Source: Promethearchaeota archaeon
Lineage (GTDB): Archaea > Asgardarchaeota > Lokiarchaeia > Sigyniarchaeales > SOKP01
DNA length: 45,015 bases
Direction: 5' to 3'
NCBI GenBank assembly: GCA_048938895.1
Contig: JBHLLU010000033.1
Location: forward strand, 1 to 45,015
The translations under genes were made by a program, and so were the position numbers. This document shows, in pieces, positions 1 through 9,455 of the stretch (positions are counted from its first letter, which is position 1; every line of letters starts with the position of its first letter). The notes beneath the pieces are model-generated. The model saw only the letters and a program-made list of their open reading frames with translations. It was not told where the DNA came from and ran no database searches.

Positions 1-96
1 AATTAAGGTTAAAAACTATTATTATTTTCATAGTTAATAATATTAATGGTTGACTCTCAAATTAGAAAAAATCATTGTTTAACCTTCAAAAACAAG

Positions 97-345
97 TTAT
101 ATAAGAAATTTTTCGTGTAATTGAAGTTCTTCTTTATATGATTTAATTCTTTTTTGAATTATTTCTGTTAGAACAAAATTCTTCTGATCCTTTAAGTTCT
201 GTATAAGGCGCTCTAAAAATTTTACAGAATTTTGTAAGATTATTATTCTATCTTGAATGAGACTCATTGCAGAATTAGCTCTCAATACTATATTCTTATT
301 AGAGCCAATATAATGGATTCTATTTTTATTTAAATAGAGACTCAA
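97..345 (-). CDS. hypothetical protein (short, helical)
   Basis: 82-aa ORF with TTG start, divergent from the Fe-S gene; no recognisable motif. Confidence 0.45.
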   Translation of the reverse strand: MSLYLNKNRIHYIGSNKNIVLRANSAMSLIQDRIIILQNSVKFLERLIQNLKDQKNFVLTEIIQKRIKSYKEELQLHEKFLI

Positions 346-458
346 AATTTTGTGAGTTTTTGAATCATGAATACCTTTTTATGAAGTAGTCTCGAAATTT
401 AATTAAATCATAAAGGTTTTTATCAATTAAATTATAAAACCTTAATTTAGAAAAAAAA

Positions 459-1547
459 ATGACTGATGACCTATGGGATAAAGTAGCAAGAACAATTGCT
501 AATGCTGGTGTCTTTCCTGTCCCAATAAGTGATAGCCTTATAGAACTTTTACAAGAAATTATTACTGAAGAACAAGCAGAATTTTTATTACTATTTAAAA
601 AGCCTTCAAAAACTCTTGATCAAATTAAAGAGCAAACCAATATGGATGAAGATTCCATATTTAAGATGCTCAATAACTTAATGTATAATGGTATAATTGT
701 TGGCACAAAAAGTAGAAGTACGGGAAAAATGGTTTACCGACTTATGGGTCCCTTTCCAGGTATATTTGAGTATACTAATCTGAGAGGAGAAACAGATGAA
801 AAGCATATCAGAATAGCAAAATTGTTCCAAAAGCTTCATTCAGAAAGGACTAAGTTAGATGAAAAGACTCTCGATGCAGTTATGAATGTCTTCAAAAATT
901 TACCTCCTACTGATAGGACTATACCAGTAGAAACGCAGGTAGAGGTTGGAACTGAGCAAGTAATGCCTATTGAAGATATAAAAACATACGTTGAAGAATA
1001 TGAGGATATAGCTGTTGCACATTGTTATTGTCGCCACCATAAAGATCTCATAGGTGATCCTTGTAAATTGGGTGCTTCCAAGGAAAATTGTTTCCTGTTT
1101 GATAAAAGTGCTGTATTTGCTATTGAAAAAGAATTTGGTCATCGTGTTTCTAAAGAAGAGGCTATGAAGATCTTCAGAGAAGCAGAAGATCAAGGCTTGG
1201 TTCATAAAGTCTTCCATGTTCATTCCGATGTAAATAGGGGGATTGAAGCCATTTGTAATTGTTGTAAGTGCTGTTGTGGGATAATAGGAATGTATCGAGG
1301 GGGAGTATCACCTTTACATACGATGTCATCCTACCTTGCAGAAGTAGATGAAGAATTGTGTGTGGGATGTGGCACATGCCTTGAAATGTGTCCAATGGAA
1401 ACAATATATGCCAACAATAATAAAGCAATTGTTGATCCTGAAAGATGTATTGGATGTGGGGTTTGTGCACACCACTGTCCTGAAGAAGCAATACAATTAA
1501 AAAGAACTGGCTCAAGAGATGTGATTATTCCTCCTAAAATTGGATGA
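459..1547 (+). CDS. 4Fe-4S dicluster-domain protein with N-terminal wHTH-like region and Cys-rich central domain
   Basis: CVGCGTCLEMCP and CIGCGVCAHHCP ferredoxin motifs, plus HCYC..C..C and CNCCKCCC clusters. Confidence 0.85.
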   Translation: MTDDLWDKVARTIANAGVFPVPISDSLIELLQEIITEEQAEFLLLFKKPSKTLDQIKEQTNMDEDSIFKMLNNLMYNGIIVGTKSRSTGKMVYRLMGPFPGIFEYTNLRGETDEKHIRIAKLFQKLHSERTKLDEKTLDAVMNVFKNLPPTDRTIPVETQVEVGTEQVMPIEDIKTYVEEYEDIAVAHCYCRHHKDLIGDPCKLGASKENCFLFDKSAVFAIEKEFGHRVSKEEAMKIFREAEDQGLVHKVFHVHSDVNRGIEAICNCCKCCCGIIGMYRGGVSPLHTMSSYLAEVDEELCVGCGTCLEMCPMETIYANNNKAIVDPERCIGCGVCAHHCPEEAIQLKRTGSRDVIIPPKIG

Positions 1548-1661
1548 AACTCTTTATTTTTCTCATTAGCACCTATTTTTATGCATCTGAAGAATATTTT
1601 TATTTCAATCTACACTCCTTCTTTTAATTAATCAAATCGATATTTATTTAAAGTGAAAAAT

Positions 1662-2489
1662 ATGAGTGAAAAAAACTATGTATTAGTTGAAGAAAATGAG
1701 GATCATACAATAACTACAATTAGAATGAATCGCTTGGAAAAAAGAAATGCATTAAATTGGGATCTTATACATGGCTTAGAAGATGCAATTGAAAAGGCGG
1801 AACAATCGAAAACTCGAGTTATTATTATTACAGGAGCTAGCGATTACTTTAGTGCTGGAATTGATTTAAATACTCTTTCAGGACAAGATAATTCTGGAGG
1901 GCAGAGAGGAGCGGACCTCAATACTCCCCCCCATTTTCGATATCATTTAAATACTCGATTCCAACCTTTAGTTGTGAAGATTGGAAAAATAGAAAAACCA
2001 TTTATAGCTAGAATTGAGGGATTTTGCTTGGGTATGGGCTTTGAATTAGCTCTTGCCTGTGATTTTAGGTTTTGCACAGAAAGTGCCAGTTTTAGTATGA
2101 TTGAATCAAAACTTGGACTGATTCCTGATGTTGGAGGAACAACAAGATTAACCCGATTATGTGGAATATCTCATGCCAAAGATATTGCATTGACTGGAAG
2201 GACTTTTAATGGTGTTGAAGCTTTTAGAATGGGAGTGGTAAATGGTGTGGCAAAAGATGGGGAAGAATTAGACGCATTGGTAAAAAAATATTCGGATGAA
2301 TTGATTGAAAGTGCCCCACTGGCTGTTGGACTCGGAAAAAGACTAATTGACTCCATTTATGGGAAACATCTCGAATTTGGGTTAGAAATGGAAGGGTTGG
2401 CTAACTCCCAATTATTAACCTCTAAAGATTTTATGACAGGAGTCATGTCAAAGATTTCTAAGAAAAAACCAGAATGGCAGGGCAAATAA
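1662..2489 (+). CDS. enoyl-CoA hydratase/isomerase (crotonase family)
   Basis: FSAGIDL oxyanion motif, GMGFELALACD and IESKLGLIPD, so both catalytic Glu are present; ATG 1662 preferred over GTG 1653. Confidence 0.9.
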   Translation: MSEKNYVLVEENEDHTITTIRMNRLEKRNALNWDLIHGLEDAIEKAEQSKTRVIIITGASDYFSAGIDLNTLSGQDNSGGQRGADLNTPPHFRYHLNTRFQPLVVKIGKIEKPFIARIEGFCLGMGFELALACDFRFCTESASFSMIESKLGLIPDVGGTTRLTRLCGISHAKDIALTGRTFNGVEAFRMGVVNGVAKDGEELDALVKKYSDELIESAPLAVGLGKRLIDSIYGKHLEFGLEMEGLANSQLLTSKDFMTGVMSKISKKKPEWQGK

Positions 2490-2550
2490 GAATCTTTTAT
2501 ATCTTTGGCTTATTGAACTAGTTAATTAATAACAGGTGATCCCAGCCCAT

Positions 2551-3435
2551 ATGGTAGTTCAAATAGATTATCACTGCAATAATGAGATATTAGAATGGCA
2601 GTGGTCAAGCGATAGCAAATTAATGACTACTCCGTTTTTTACCTCTTGTTACCTAATTGATGGACTTCTTATCGATTCAGGAGCACCAGGAGGTGTAGAT
2701 GATTTGAGGGATTTCGTGAATTCGTTAAATCCTAACAAAATGATTCAAAAATGTTTTGTTACTCATGCTCATGAGGATCATGCAGGGGGTGCTAATTTAT
2801 TGAGTACTGAATTCGGAATTCCTATATATGCTGGTAAGAAAGCTACTGATCTACTGAAATTAGGCAATACTTATCCAGATTATCGAAAAATGGCTTGGGG
2901 TCCTAGATTATTACCAGTGAAAGCAATTCCAATTAAGAAATCTATAAAAACTAATTCAAATAAGTATACATTCAAGTTATTTACTATGGAAGGTCATGCA
3001 CCAGAATTAATTGCTCTTATAGAAAGAGAAAATCAATGGGCTTTTGTTGCTGATGCTGTTCAACCTAAATATAAAATGATCTTTGGAGCTCATAGTAATA
3101 TACAAGAAGATATTTCACTGATTTATCAATCTCTTGGTGAATTGTATGACTTTACTGAGGGAATGGATGATCTATTAATATTTTCAGCGGGAAATGGAGT
3201 ATTTCATGGCAGGGATTTCTTAATTGAAAGAATGAGTGAAATTCAAGATATGCATTCAAGAGTTCATGAATTATATAAAGAACTTACAAGAGAGAATGTT
3301 ATCGAAGAACGAAAAGTTAAGAAAATCTTAAAGAAGATATTTGGCAAGGAATCTTTTATTGGCCAAATGACTCGAGGGGCTCTATCCAGAAAGAATTTGA
3401 TAATTTCTCTGCTTAGATGGCCAAATGATGAGTGA
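2551..3435 (+). CDS. MBL-fold metallo-hydrolase
   Basis: THAHEDH motif plus GHA and VAD; AGGTGA RBS at 2534-2539 favours ATG 2551. Confidence 0.88.
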   Translation: MVVQIDYHCNNEILEWQWSSDSKLMTTPFFTSCYLIDGLLIDSGAPGGVDDLRDFVNSLNPNKMIQKCFVTHAHEDHAGGANLLSTEFGIPIYAGKKATDLLKLGNTYPDYRKMAWGPRLLPVKAIPIKKSIKTNSNKYTFKLFTMEGHAPELIALIERENQWAFVADAVQPKYKMIFGAHSNIQEDISLIYQSLGELYDFTEGMDDLLIFSAGNGVFHGRDFLIERMSEIQDMHSRVHELYKELTRENVIEERKVKKILKKIFGKESFIGQMTRGALSRKNLIISLLRWPNDE

Positions 3436-3473
3436 TACTTGAAAATTTTATTGAAAAAAGAGTTTTAACTTTA

Positions 3474-3629
3474 TTAAGGATGAATATTAATTTTGTTGAG
3501 ATTATTGATTATCAATTTACGTATTTGAGGGGGTTGGAGCTGTATCTCCTCCTCTAACCATATCTTGTTTAATATTTCATCACGTGAAATCTCTAACTTT
3601 ATGTTGTAAGCAATTTCTCTATCCGACAC
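3474..3629 (-). CDS. possible small protein (51 aa)
   Basis: GTG..TAA ORF MSDREIAYNIKLEISRDEILNKIWLEEEIQLQPPQIRKLIINNLNKINIHP read by hand in a 440-bp gap; no homology recognised. Confidence 0.3.
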   Translation of the reverse strand: MSDREIAYNIKLEISRDEILNKIWLEEEIQLQPPQIRKLIINNLNKINIHP

Positions 3630-3836
3630 AATTATTTAATGAAATTACTTGTATTTAAATTCATGCTTAATGAAAAATAGATAATTATATTCATTATTAA
3701 TCCATTAACATGTTATAAAAAACCGTTCATAATTGGTTTTTGCATACCTTCTTCAATTTACACCAGTTTATTTAACGATTAATAGCTGAATTATAAATTT
3801 ATATTTAAAATAGTATTTATAATGGAATATATTGTA

Positions 3837-3844
3837 CTATATAG
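3837..3844. promoter_or_regulatory. CTATATAG palindromic box upstream of DUF47-PiT unit
   Basis: Perfect palindrome about 35 nt before the gene; same motif recurs at three other island intergenic regions. Confidence 0.5.
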
Positions 3845-3877
3845 AGATTATTGCTTTATTTAAGTAACATCTAAAAC

Positions 3878-4549
3878 TTGATTTATATGGTACAGCTTGA
3901 TGAAAAAGAAATAAGAAAATTGAGTATTAATGAACTTACTCATTTGTTTATGGATATAATAAATGAGCAGAACTTAATACTTATTGAAGGTATTGAACAT
4001 CTTGTAGAAGAAAATTTTGAAAATTTTGAACAAAATCTACAATATGTAATAGACACTAATACAGAAGTCAAAATCAAGAAGATATTTGAATCAAAAATTT
4101 TTAAGTCAAAATTAATGTTTTCAAAGGCAGATCGATTAAAACTCTTTAATAAAATAAATGACATTAAAAATATCGGGGAATTCTTAGCAAATAAAATGCT
4201 TCTCTATAGAGTGGTGTTTCCTGATGAAGAATTTAAATTACAAATTAAGAGTATTCTTAAATCTTTGAGATCAATTTCAAGCAAAATATCTGAAGCTGTT
4301 AAACTAATAGGATCTGATTTAGGTAAAGCCCATGATATTTGTGAGAAAATAAAAGATGAAAGACGTGAAATGAGAAAAGAACAATGGCAACTTCTAAACA
4401 AATTATATAATTATGATATGGATTATCTTAGCAGGACCTTCTTATATTTAAAAGAATTAATCGAAGATATTATGATGCTAGCAGATCATATTAAAAATTT
4501 CTCTGAATATATACAGTTTCTAGCAACTAAATATCTAATTTTCGATTAA
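3878..4549 (+). CDS. DUF47/PhoU-like phosphate transport regulator, divergent paralog
   Basis: All-helical 223 aa with DRLKLFNKINDI and LIEDIMMLADHIKN matching the DUF47 repeat pattern; directly upstream of PiT; alternative ATG at 3887. Confidence 0.7.
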   Translation: MIYMVQLDEKEIRKLSINELTHLFMDIINEQNLILIEGIEHLVEENFENFEQNLQYVIDTNTEVKIKKIFESKIFKSKLMFSKADRLKLFNKINDIKNIGEFLANKMLLYRVVFPDEEFKLQIKSILKSLRSISSKISEAVKLIGSDLGKAHDICEKIKDERREMRKEQWQLLNKLYNYDMDYLSRTFLYLKELIEDIMMLADHIKNFSEYIQFLATKYLIFD

Positions 4550-4571
4550 AAATAAATCGCACTGATTCAAT

Positions 4572-5609
4572 ATGGCTGATGAGCTTAATGTAGTCCTGAT
4601 TGTAATCCTAATTGTCATGGCGGTTGGACTCGCCTTCTCGATCGGAGCAAACGACGAGACTTTATCATCCTTGATAGGTGCGGGTGTTCTTAAATTCAAA
4701 ATAGCATTGATTTTAGGAGGCACAGCAATAGGAGCAGGAATGATTCTTTTTAGTGGGGGGTTTGTTCCGGAAACGGTTGGAAAAAGTCTTTTAGGAAAGG
4801 GATTGGAAGAAAAATACACTAATTATATGCTCTTAGCTGTACTGATAAGTAGTATTATTTGGTTAGTAATAGGTAGTTTTGCAGGAATTCCTCTGAGTAG
4901 TACTCACTCTTTAATTGGAAGCATTTTTGGGGTGGTTTTAGTATATGCGATATTACAAGGGGGGATTAATATTAATACTGCTTTTAATAATGATAAGTTA
5001 AGAGACGTTGTTCTAGGATGGTTTATATCTCCAATATCCGGGTTATTAGTTACATATTTTCTTTTTAAACTGAGTGCTAAACTTCTGCTATCTCGGTTGA
5101 GAGGGTTAGATCAAATCGAAAAATCTGAAAAAACCTTTAAGTGGTTTTTGTTAATTGCTGTATTATTTGCTGAAATGTGGGTAGGGGCGAATTCAGGAGA
5201 AGCATTAGGGATACTTTTAGGCCTTAGAGAAAATAGTTCAATTGACTTTACTCAATACTTTATGTTTGCTATTATATGTGCAATTTTCGCTTTTTTAGGC
5301 ATTTATTTTGCTGCTCGATATGTTATTAGAAATTTAGCTTCCCACATGATCAGTACAAGACCTAGTGAAGGGTTTATTATTCAAATTAGTTCTGCAATTA
5401 TTCTGATGATTGCAACCTTATGGGCTCTCCCGATTTCACACTCCCATGTAATTGTCTTTTGTATCATCGGAATGAGCCTTGCCCAAAAGAAAGAAGTGGA
5501 TTATAAAGGATTAAGTAAAATGGCTGCATATTGGTTTCTTACATTTCCAATAGCCGCCCTATTAGCAGGTTTTATCTATTATATTTTGAGATTATTTGGA
5601 TTATCATGA
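4572..5609 (+). CDS. pitA: inorganic phosphate transporter (PiT/PHO4 family)
   Basis: GAND and PLSSTH in the N-half, GANS and PISHSH in the C-half; multi-TM; flanked by DUF47 genes. Confidence 0.88.
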   Translation: MADELNVVLIVILIVMAVGLAFSIGANDETLSSLIGAGVLKFKIALILGGTAIGAGMILFSGGFVPETVGKSLLGKGLEEKYTNYMLLAVLISSIIWLVIGSFAGIPLSSTHSLIGSIFGVVLVYAILQGGININTAFNNDKLRDVVLGWFISPISGLLVTYFLFKLSAKLLLSRLRGLDQIEKSEKTFKWFLLIAVLFAEMWVGANSGEALGILLGLRENSSIDFTQYFMFAIICAIFAFLGIYFAARYVIRNLASHMISTRPSEGFIIQISSAIILMIATLWALPISHSHVIVFCIIGMSLAQKKEVDYKGLSKMAAYWFLTFPIAALLAGFIYYILRLFGLS

Positions 5610-5618
5610 TTAGTAGAA

Positions 5619-5645
5619 ATATATATAATATATATAACTATATAG
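5619..5645. promoter_or_regulatory. ATATATA-ATATATA-CTATATAG array (9/10-bp period)
   Basis: Units start at 5619, 5628 and 5638 upstream of the second DUF47 gene. Confidence 0.55.
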
Positions 5646-5677
5646 TGTTTATAACAGATGAATAAGAGGTTAAAAAT

Positions 5678-6346
5678 ATGGGATCATTAATTGAGTATCT
5701 GAAAAGAGAAACAGCCGTCAATGCTTTAGGAAAATCCGTAAAACATGCGCAAATAGTACAAGAGTGCATAAAGTATCTAGATCTTGGCTTACAAACATTA
5801 TTAAAAGAAAAAGACGTTGAACAATCACATGAACTCTTCCAAAAAGTGGATAATTTAGAAAGAGATGCAGATACATTAAGAAGAGAAATTTTAAAAGACA
5901 TTTCTAGAGGAGAATTAAATCCTAGTGTAAGACAGAATTTATCTCATCTAATCAAAAGAATGGATGATGTTGCTAATTGCGGTACAGGTGTTGCTCGGAG
6001 AATAAACACAATCCCGTTGATATTTTGGGAACAAAGTAGTGATGAAACTGTTGAAATTATTTTAGAAATGATTAAAACCACGGTTGAATGTGTTCAATTT
6101 CTTGATAAAATTGTACTTGATCTACTCGAAGAACGAAAACATATTAAAGAATATGCCCAGCAGATAAATCAGTTTGAACACAAAATAGATTTACTTAACA
6201 TAAAATTAAGGAAAAATCTTCAAGAAACAGATTATAGAGTGAATTACTTTACCATCTTCACAGCAGGAAGCGTGTTCGACATTTTAGAAGCAATTTCGGA
6301 TTCAATTGAAGAAGTAGCAGATTATATTATGCAAATCACACTTTAA
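5678..6346 (+). CDS. DUF47 family phosphate transport regulator
   Basis: LERDADTLRR, MDDVAN, FEHKID and ISDSIEEVAD motifs. Confidence 0.88.
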   Translation: MGSLIEYLKRETAVNALGKSVKHAQIVQECIKYLDLGLQTLLKEKDVEQSHELFQKVDNLERDADTLRREILKDISRGELNPSVRQNLSHLIKRMDDVANCGTGVARRINTIPLIFWEQSSDETVEIILEMIKTTVECVQFLDKIVLDLLEERKHIKEYAQQINQFEHKIDLLNIKLRKNLQETDYRVNYFTIFTAGSVFDILEAISDSIEEVADYIMQITL

Positions 6347-6351
6347 ACTTC

Positions 6352-7356
6352 TTAAACTAAATTATTTATTATAATTTCTGAGATATCTCCAGCGTATTCA
6401 CCTGTTCGTCTAATACTTTCAATAATATATCCAATTGCAATTGATGTTTCTGGATTATCAGTTGAGTTAAGGCTGATTTTTTCAGTAGCTTGAATTAGAT
6501 TATCTATCAATTCTATGTTTTCATTAGCCAGATTGATATTTTTCTGAAGCCAGGCATCTAGGCTCTTGTTTAAAAGTCCCAATGATACTTCACTTGCATT
6601 TGAAATACCATCTAATAGATCTCTCTCAACTTTTTTATGATCTATTAATATTGTATTCCTAGCAATTCGAACTGCATGGTCTGCCGTTCTTTCTAAGAAC
6701 CTGCTAATTTGTTGATAGTGACTTGCTTGTTCTAGCGTAATCCCCAACTTTTGACATAGAATAATGTCTCTTAGTACGATATGGGATTGACGCCCAACAA
6801 GCCAATGTAATCTATCTACGTCATCATCTCTTTTAATTACTTCTTCTGCTAAATTATGATCACCAGTTTCCAGAGCCCTAATAGCATCCTCATGCATACC
6901 TTGAACGAGAATATACATTCGCCTTATAGTTTTTTCAAAGGGCATCTCCCTAGGGTTGACTAGATCTTTAATAAGGATATAGTTGTTAGATTCCTCGACA
7001 ATTTCTGGACCTATTGCGATTTGGGTGAAAGATGTTACACAATCTCTGATATAAGCTTCAAATTTCCTACTTGATTTAATCTCAATTTTAGAAAAACCCA
7101 TAATATATGCTCCAATTAAGATCCGAAATAAAAAATTCCCATCTTTAATATCATCCACATCTATTTCTTTTGTTTTTATTACTTTTTCAGAGTCTATTTG
7201 TGGAGTTATTAATAAATTTCCGTCTGGCTGGCTCAAAATTCCTAATGTATCATTTTTTTCAACACCATACTTATCAATCCAGACTTTTGGTAAACTTATG
7301 ATGAATGAACTTCCACCCGTTTTCTGAACCTTTCTTGTTTCTATATGGAATGTCAT
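6352..7356 (-). CDS. phoU: archaeal phosphate uptake regulator (AbrB-like N-terminal DNA-binding domain + two PhoU domains)
   Basis: ETRKVQKTGGSSFIISLPKVW AbrB-like start; DDDVDRL, LERTADH and ESIRRTGEY PhoU motifs; ATG 7356 preferred over TTG 7365. Confidence 0.92.
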   Translation of the reverse strand: MTFHIETRKVQKTGGSSFIISLPKVWIDKYGVEKNDTLGILSQPDGNLLITPQIDSEKVIKTKEIDVDDIKDGNFLFRILIGAYIMGFSKIEIKSSRKFEAYIRDCVTSFTQIAIGPEIVEESNNYILIKDLVNPREMPFEKTIRRMYILVQGMHEDAIRALETGDHNLAEEVIKRDDDVDRLHWLVGRQSHIVLRDIILCQKLGITLEQASHYQQISRFLERTADHAVRIARNTILIDHKKVERDLLDGISNASEVSLGLLNKSLDAWLQKNINLANENIELIDNLIQATEKISLNSTDNPETSIAIGYIIESIRRTGEYAGDISEIIINNLV

Positions 7357-7386
7357 AAAAAGCAACTTTTACAAAAAATACTTAAT

Positions 7387-7442
7387 CTATATATAAAATA
7401 ATTTAACCATATATTTTAAATAATTACTATATATTCTATATA
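7387..7442. promoter_or_regulatory. CTATATA box cluster upstream of phoU
   Basis: CTATATA at 7387, 7427 and 7436 (last two 9 bp apart), CCATATA at 7407. Confidence 0.55.
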
Positions 7443-7496
7443 AATTATCTTGGTTGTTTTAAAAAAATAGTGGTGAATGCATTTCAAAATTGGTTA

Positions 7497-8177
7497 TTAT
7501 CTCTTTGCCACAGTTAACATTATGATATAATCTGCTACATCTTCAGCATTATCAGTAACCGCTTCTAATGTTGAGATGCAATTATGAATTTCAATAGCAC
7601 TAAATGGATTTATATTTGGATTATTTGAAACAAGTATCCTATTTATACCATGACGTAAATCATCACATTGATGTTCAAGTATATTTACTTGTTCCCCTAA
7701 TTGATGTATTTCTTCTTCGTCGGCAGTTAGTAACTTATTTACCATAATATTTACTTTTTTAACGGCATCAACAGAAATTCTAGCCATTTCTAAAAACTTT
7801 TTATGAACATCTTCTTCTAATTTCATAAAATCAGGATGATTCATATAGATAAATATTCTAGCTCCTGCATTAGCTGCATTTGCAATGTCATCAATTCTTT
7901 GAGTTAAGTGTATTAGATTTTCGCGTATTGTTGGGTTAATCTTTGCTTTTGAAATCATATTTAAAATATTTCGTCTAATAACATCAGCTTGGTGTTCTAG
8001 TTCATCCACTCTGAAAAAAACTTTTAACGCGAGATCTATATTCCTTTCATCAAGAAGGTATGACACTGCTTTTTCAAATTCAACAACACATTCAAGTACT
8101 TTTTGCATATGGACTAATGTTTTATTTATGGCACTCTCTTCATTACGATTCTTAAACCATTCGTATAGAGAACTCAT
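7497..8177 (-). CDS. DUF47 family phosphate transport regulator
   Basis: LEHQADVIRR, IDDIAN, LEHQCD and VTDNAEDVAD motifs; paralog of 5678-6346. Confidence 0.88.
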   Translation of the reverse strand: MSSLYEWFKNRNEESAINKTLVHMQKVLECVVEFEKAVSYLLDERNIDLALKVFFRVDELEHQADVIRRNILNMISKAKINPTIRENLIHLTQRIDDIANAANAGARIFIYMNHPDFMKLEEDVHKKFLEMARISVDAVKKVNIMVNKLLTADEEEIHQLGEQVNILEHQCDDLRHGINRILVSNNPNINPFSAIEIHNCISTLEAVTDNAEDVADYIIMLTVAKR

Positions 8178-8215
8178 AATCTTACTTACCTCATTAATTT
8201 ATAATTTTTTTAATT

Positions 8216-9439
8216 TTATTCTAATTTTAATACTTCTTTTATATATTTTTTACCAGGATGCTTAAAAATAATCCCTAATTCCTTAGGAAAATATATTGTC
8301 ACTTCTGAATTTTCCACAAATGAAGTGTGGGCTTCACTTGTCGCTGGGATTGAAACAATTATAATCTTCTCTACGTCATTTATTTTAATGGAAACTTCAA
8401 ATCTATAAAAAACACCCATAAATTTGCGTCGAATTATTTTCCCACGCATGGCATTTTTCTTATCCCTTGTTCGATCACCAAGTCTTATCTTAACATGATT
8501 TGCTCTAACTACTAATAATATTTTATCCCCATGTTCAATACTACGATAAACATCTTCCCTGACATAAGCAGCAAACATATATTTAAAACCAATATCAATC
8601 GGCATTGGAATTGATCCTTCCTGAATTTGAGCAAAAAATTTGTCACCTTGTTTTGATTTTCTATGTATGTCCCACGTCGGCTCTTTATTTTTTATACATA
8701 TACCTTCAAAATAATTTATTTCACTCATAAAGTAAGCTACAAAAAGGTTAAGTGGTTGATAGTAGATTTCATAAGGTGATCCAATTTGAATTATTTTTCC
8801 TTCATTCATAACAGCTATTCGGTCAGCTACCATCATAGCCTCCTGCTCTTCGTTTGTAACATGTATTACAGTTAACTTCAATTCCTTAGACTTTGCCATC
8901 TGAAGTAAATCTCTCCTTAAGCTCATTCTTAGACCTGCATCAAGCGCCTTTAAGGGTTCATCAAGGATAAGCAGTTTTGTTTGTTCTAAATTCAATAAAG
9001 CTCTACATAAAGCCACTCTTTGCTTCATCCCTCCACTTAATTCCTCTGGAACTGCGTCATTTCTCCCTGTTAGGAGTGTCATCATCAAAACCTGCTCTAC
9101 GAGTGTTTGAGTCATCGTAGAGTCACGTGCATGAACACGACCGCTATATGCGATATTTTCTACTATGTTCATGTGGGGAAATAAAGCATAATTTTCAAAC
9201 ATAAATCCTAAGTTTCTTTCTCCAGAACTCTGGTTAGTCACATTTTCATCGTTAAAAGTAATAACTCCTGAATCTGATTTTAGTAGACCTGCAATAATTT
9301 TCAATAAAGTTGTCTTTCCCGCACCTGTAGGGCCAAGAATAATAAAATATTCCTCATCTTTTATATCAAGTGATATATTATCAAGTGCTTTAAAATTTCT
9401 AAAAGATTTCGAAACATTTTCCAATTTTATATTGACCAT
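8216..9439 (-). CDS. ABC importer ATP-binding subunit A (PotA/CysA/MalK-like with C-terminal OB/TOBE-type region)
   Basis: GPTGAGKT, LSGGM and LLILDEP present; Q-loop Q>E (MFENY) and switch H>N (HVTNE). Confidence 0.92.
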   Translation of the reverse strand: MVNIKLENVSKSFRNFKALDNISLDIKDEEYFIILGPTGAGKTTLLKIIAGLLKSDSGVITFNDENVTNQSSGERNLGFMFENYALFPHMNIVENIAYSGRVHARDSTMTQTLVEQVLMMTLLTGRNDAVPEELSGGMKQRVALCRALLNLEQTKLLILDEPLKALDAGLRMSLRRDLLQMAKSKELKLTVIHVTNEEQEAMMVADRIAVMNEGKIIQIGSPYEIYYQPLNLFVAYFMSEINYFEGICIKNKEPTWDIHRKSKQGDKFFAQIQEGSIPMPIDIGFKYMFAAYVREDVYRSIEHGDKILLVVRANHVKIRLGDRTRDKKNAMRGKIIRRKFMGVFYRFEVSIKINDVEKIIIVSIPATSEAHTSFVENSEVTIYFPKELGIIFKHPGKKYIKEVLKLE

Positions 9440-9455
9440 GGAACATTCACCATTT

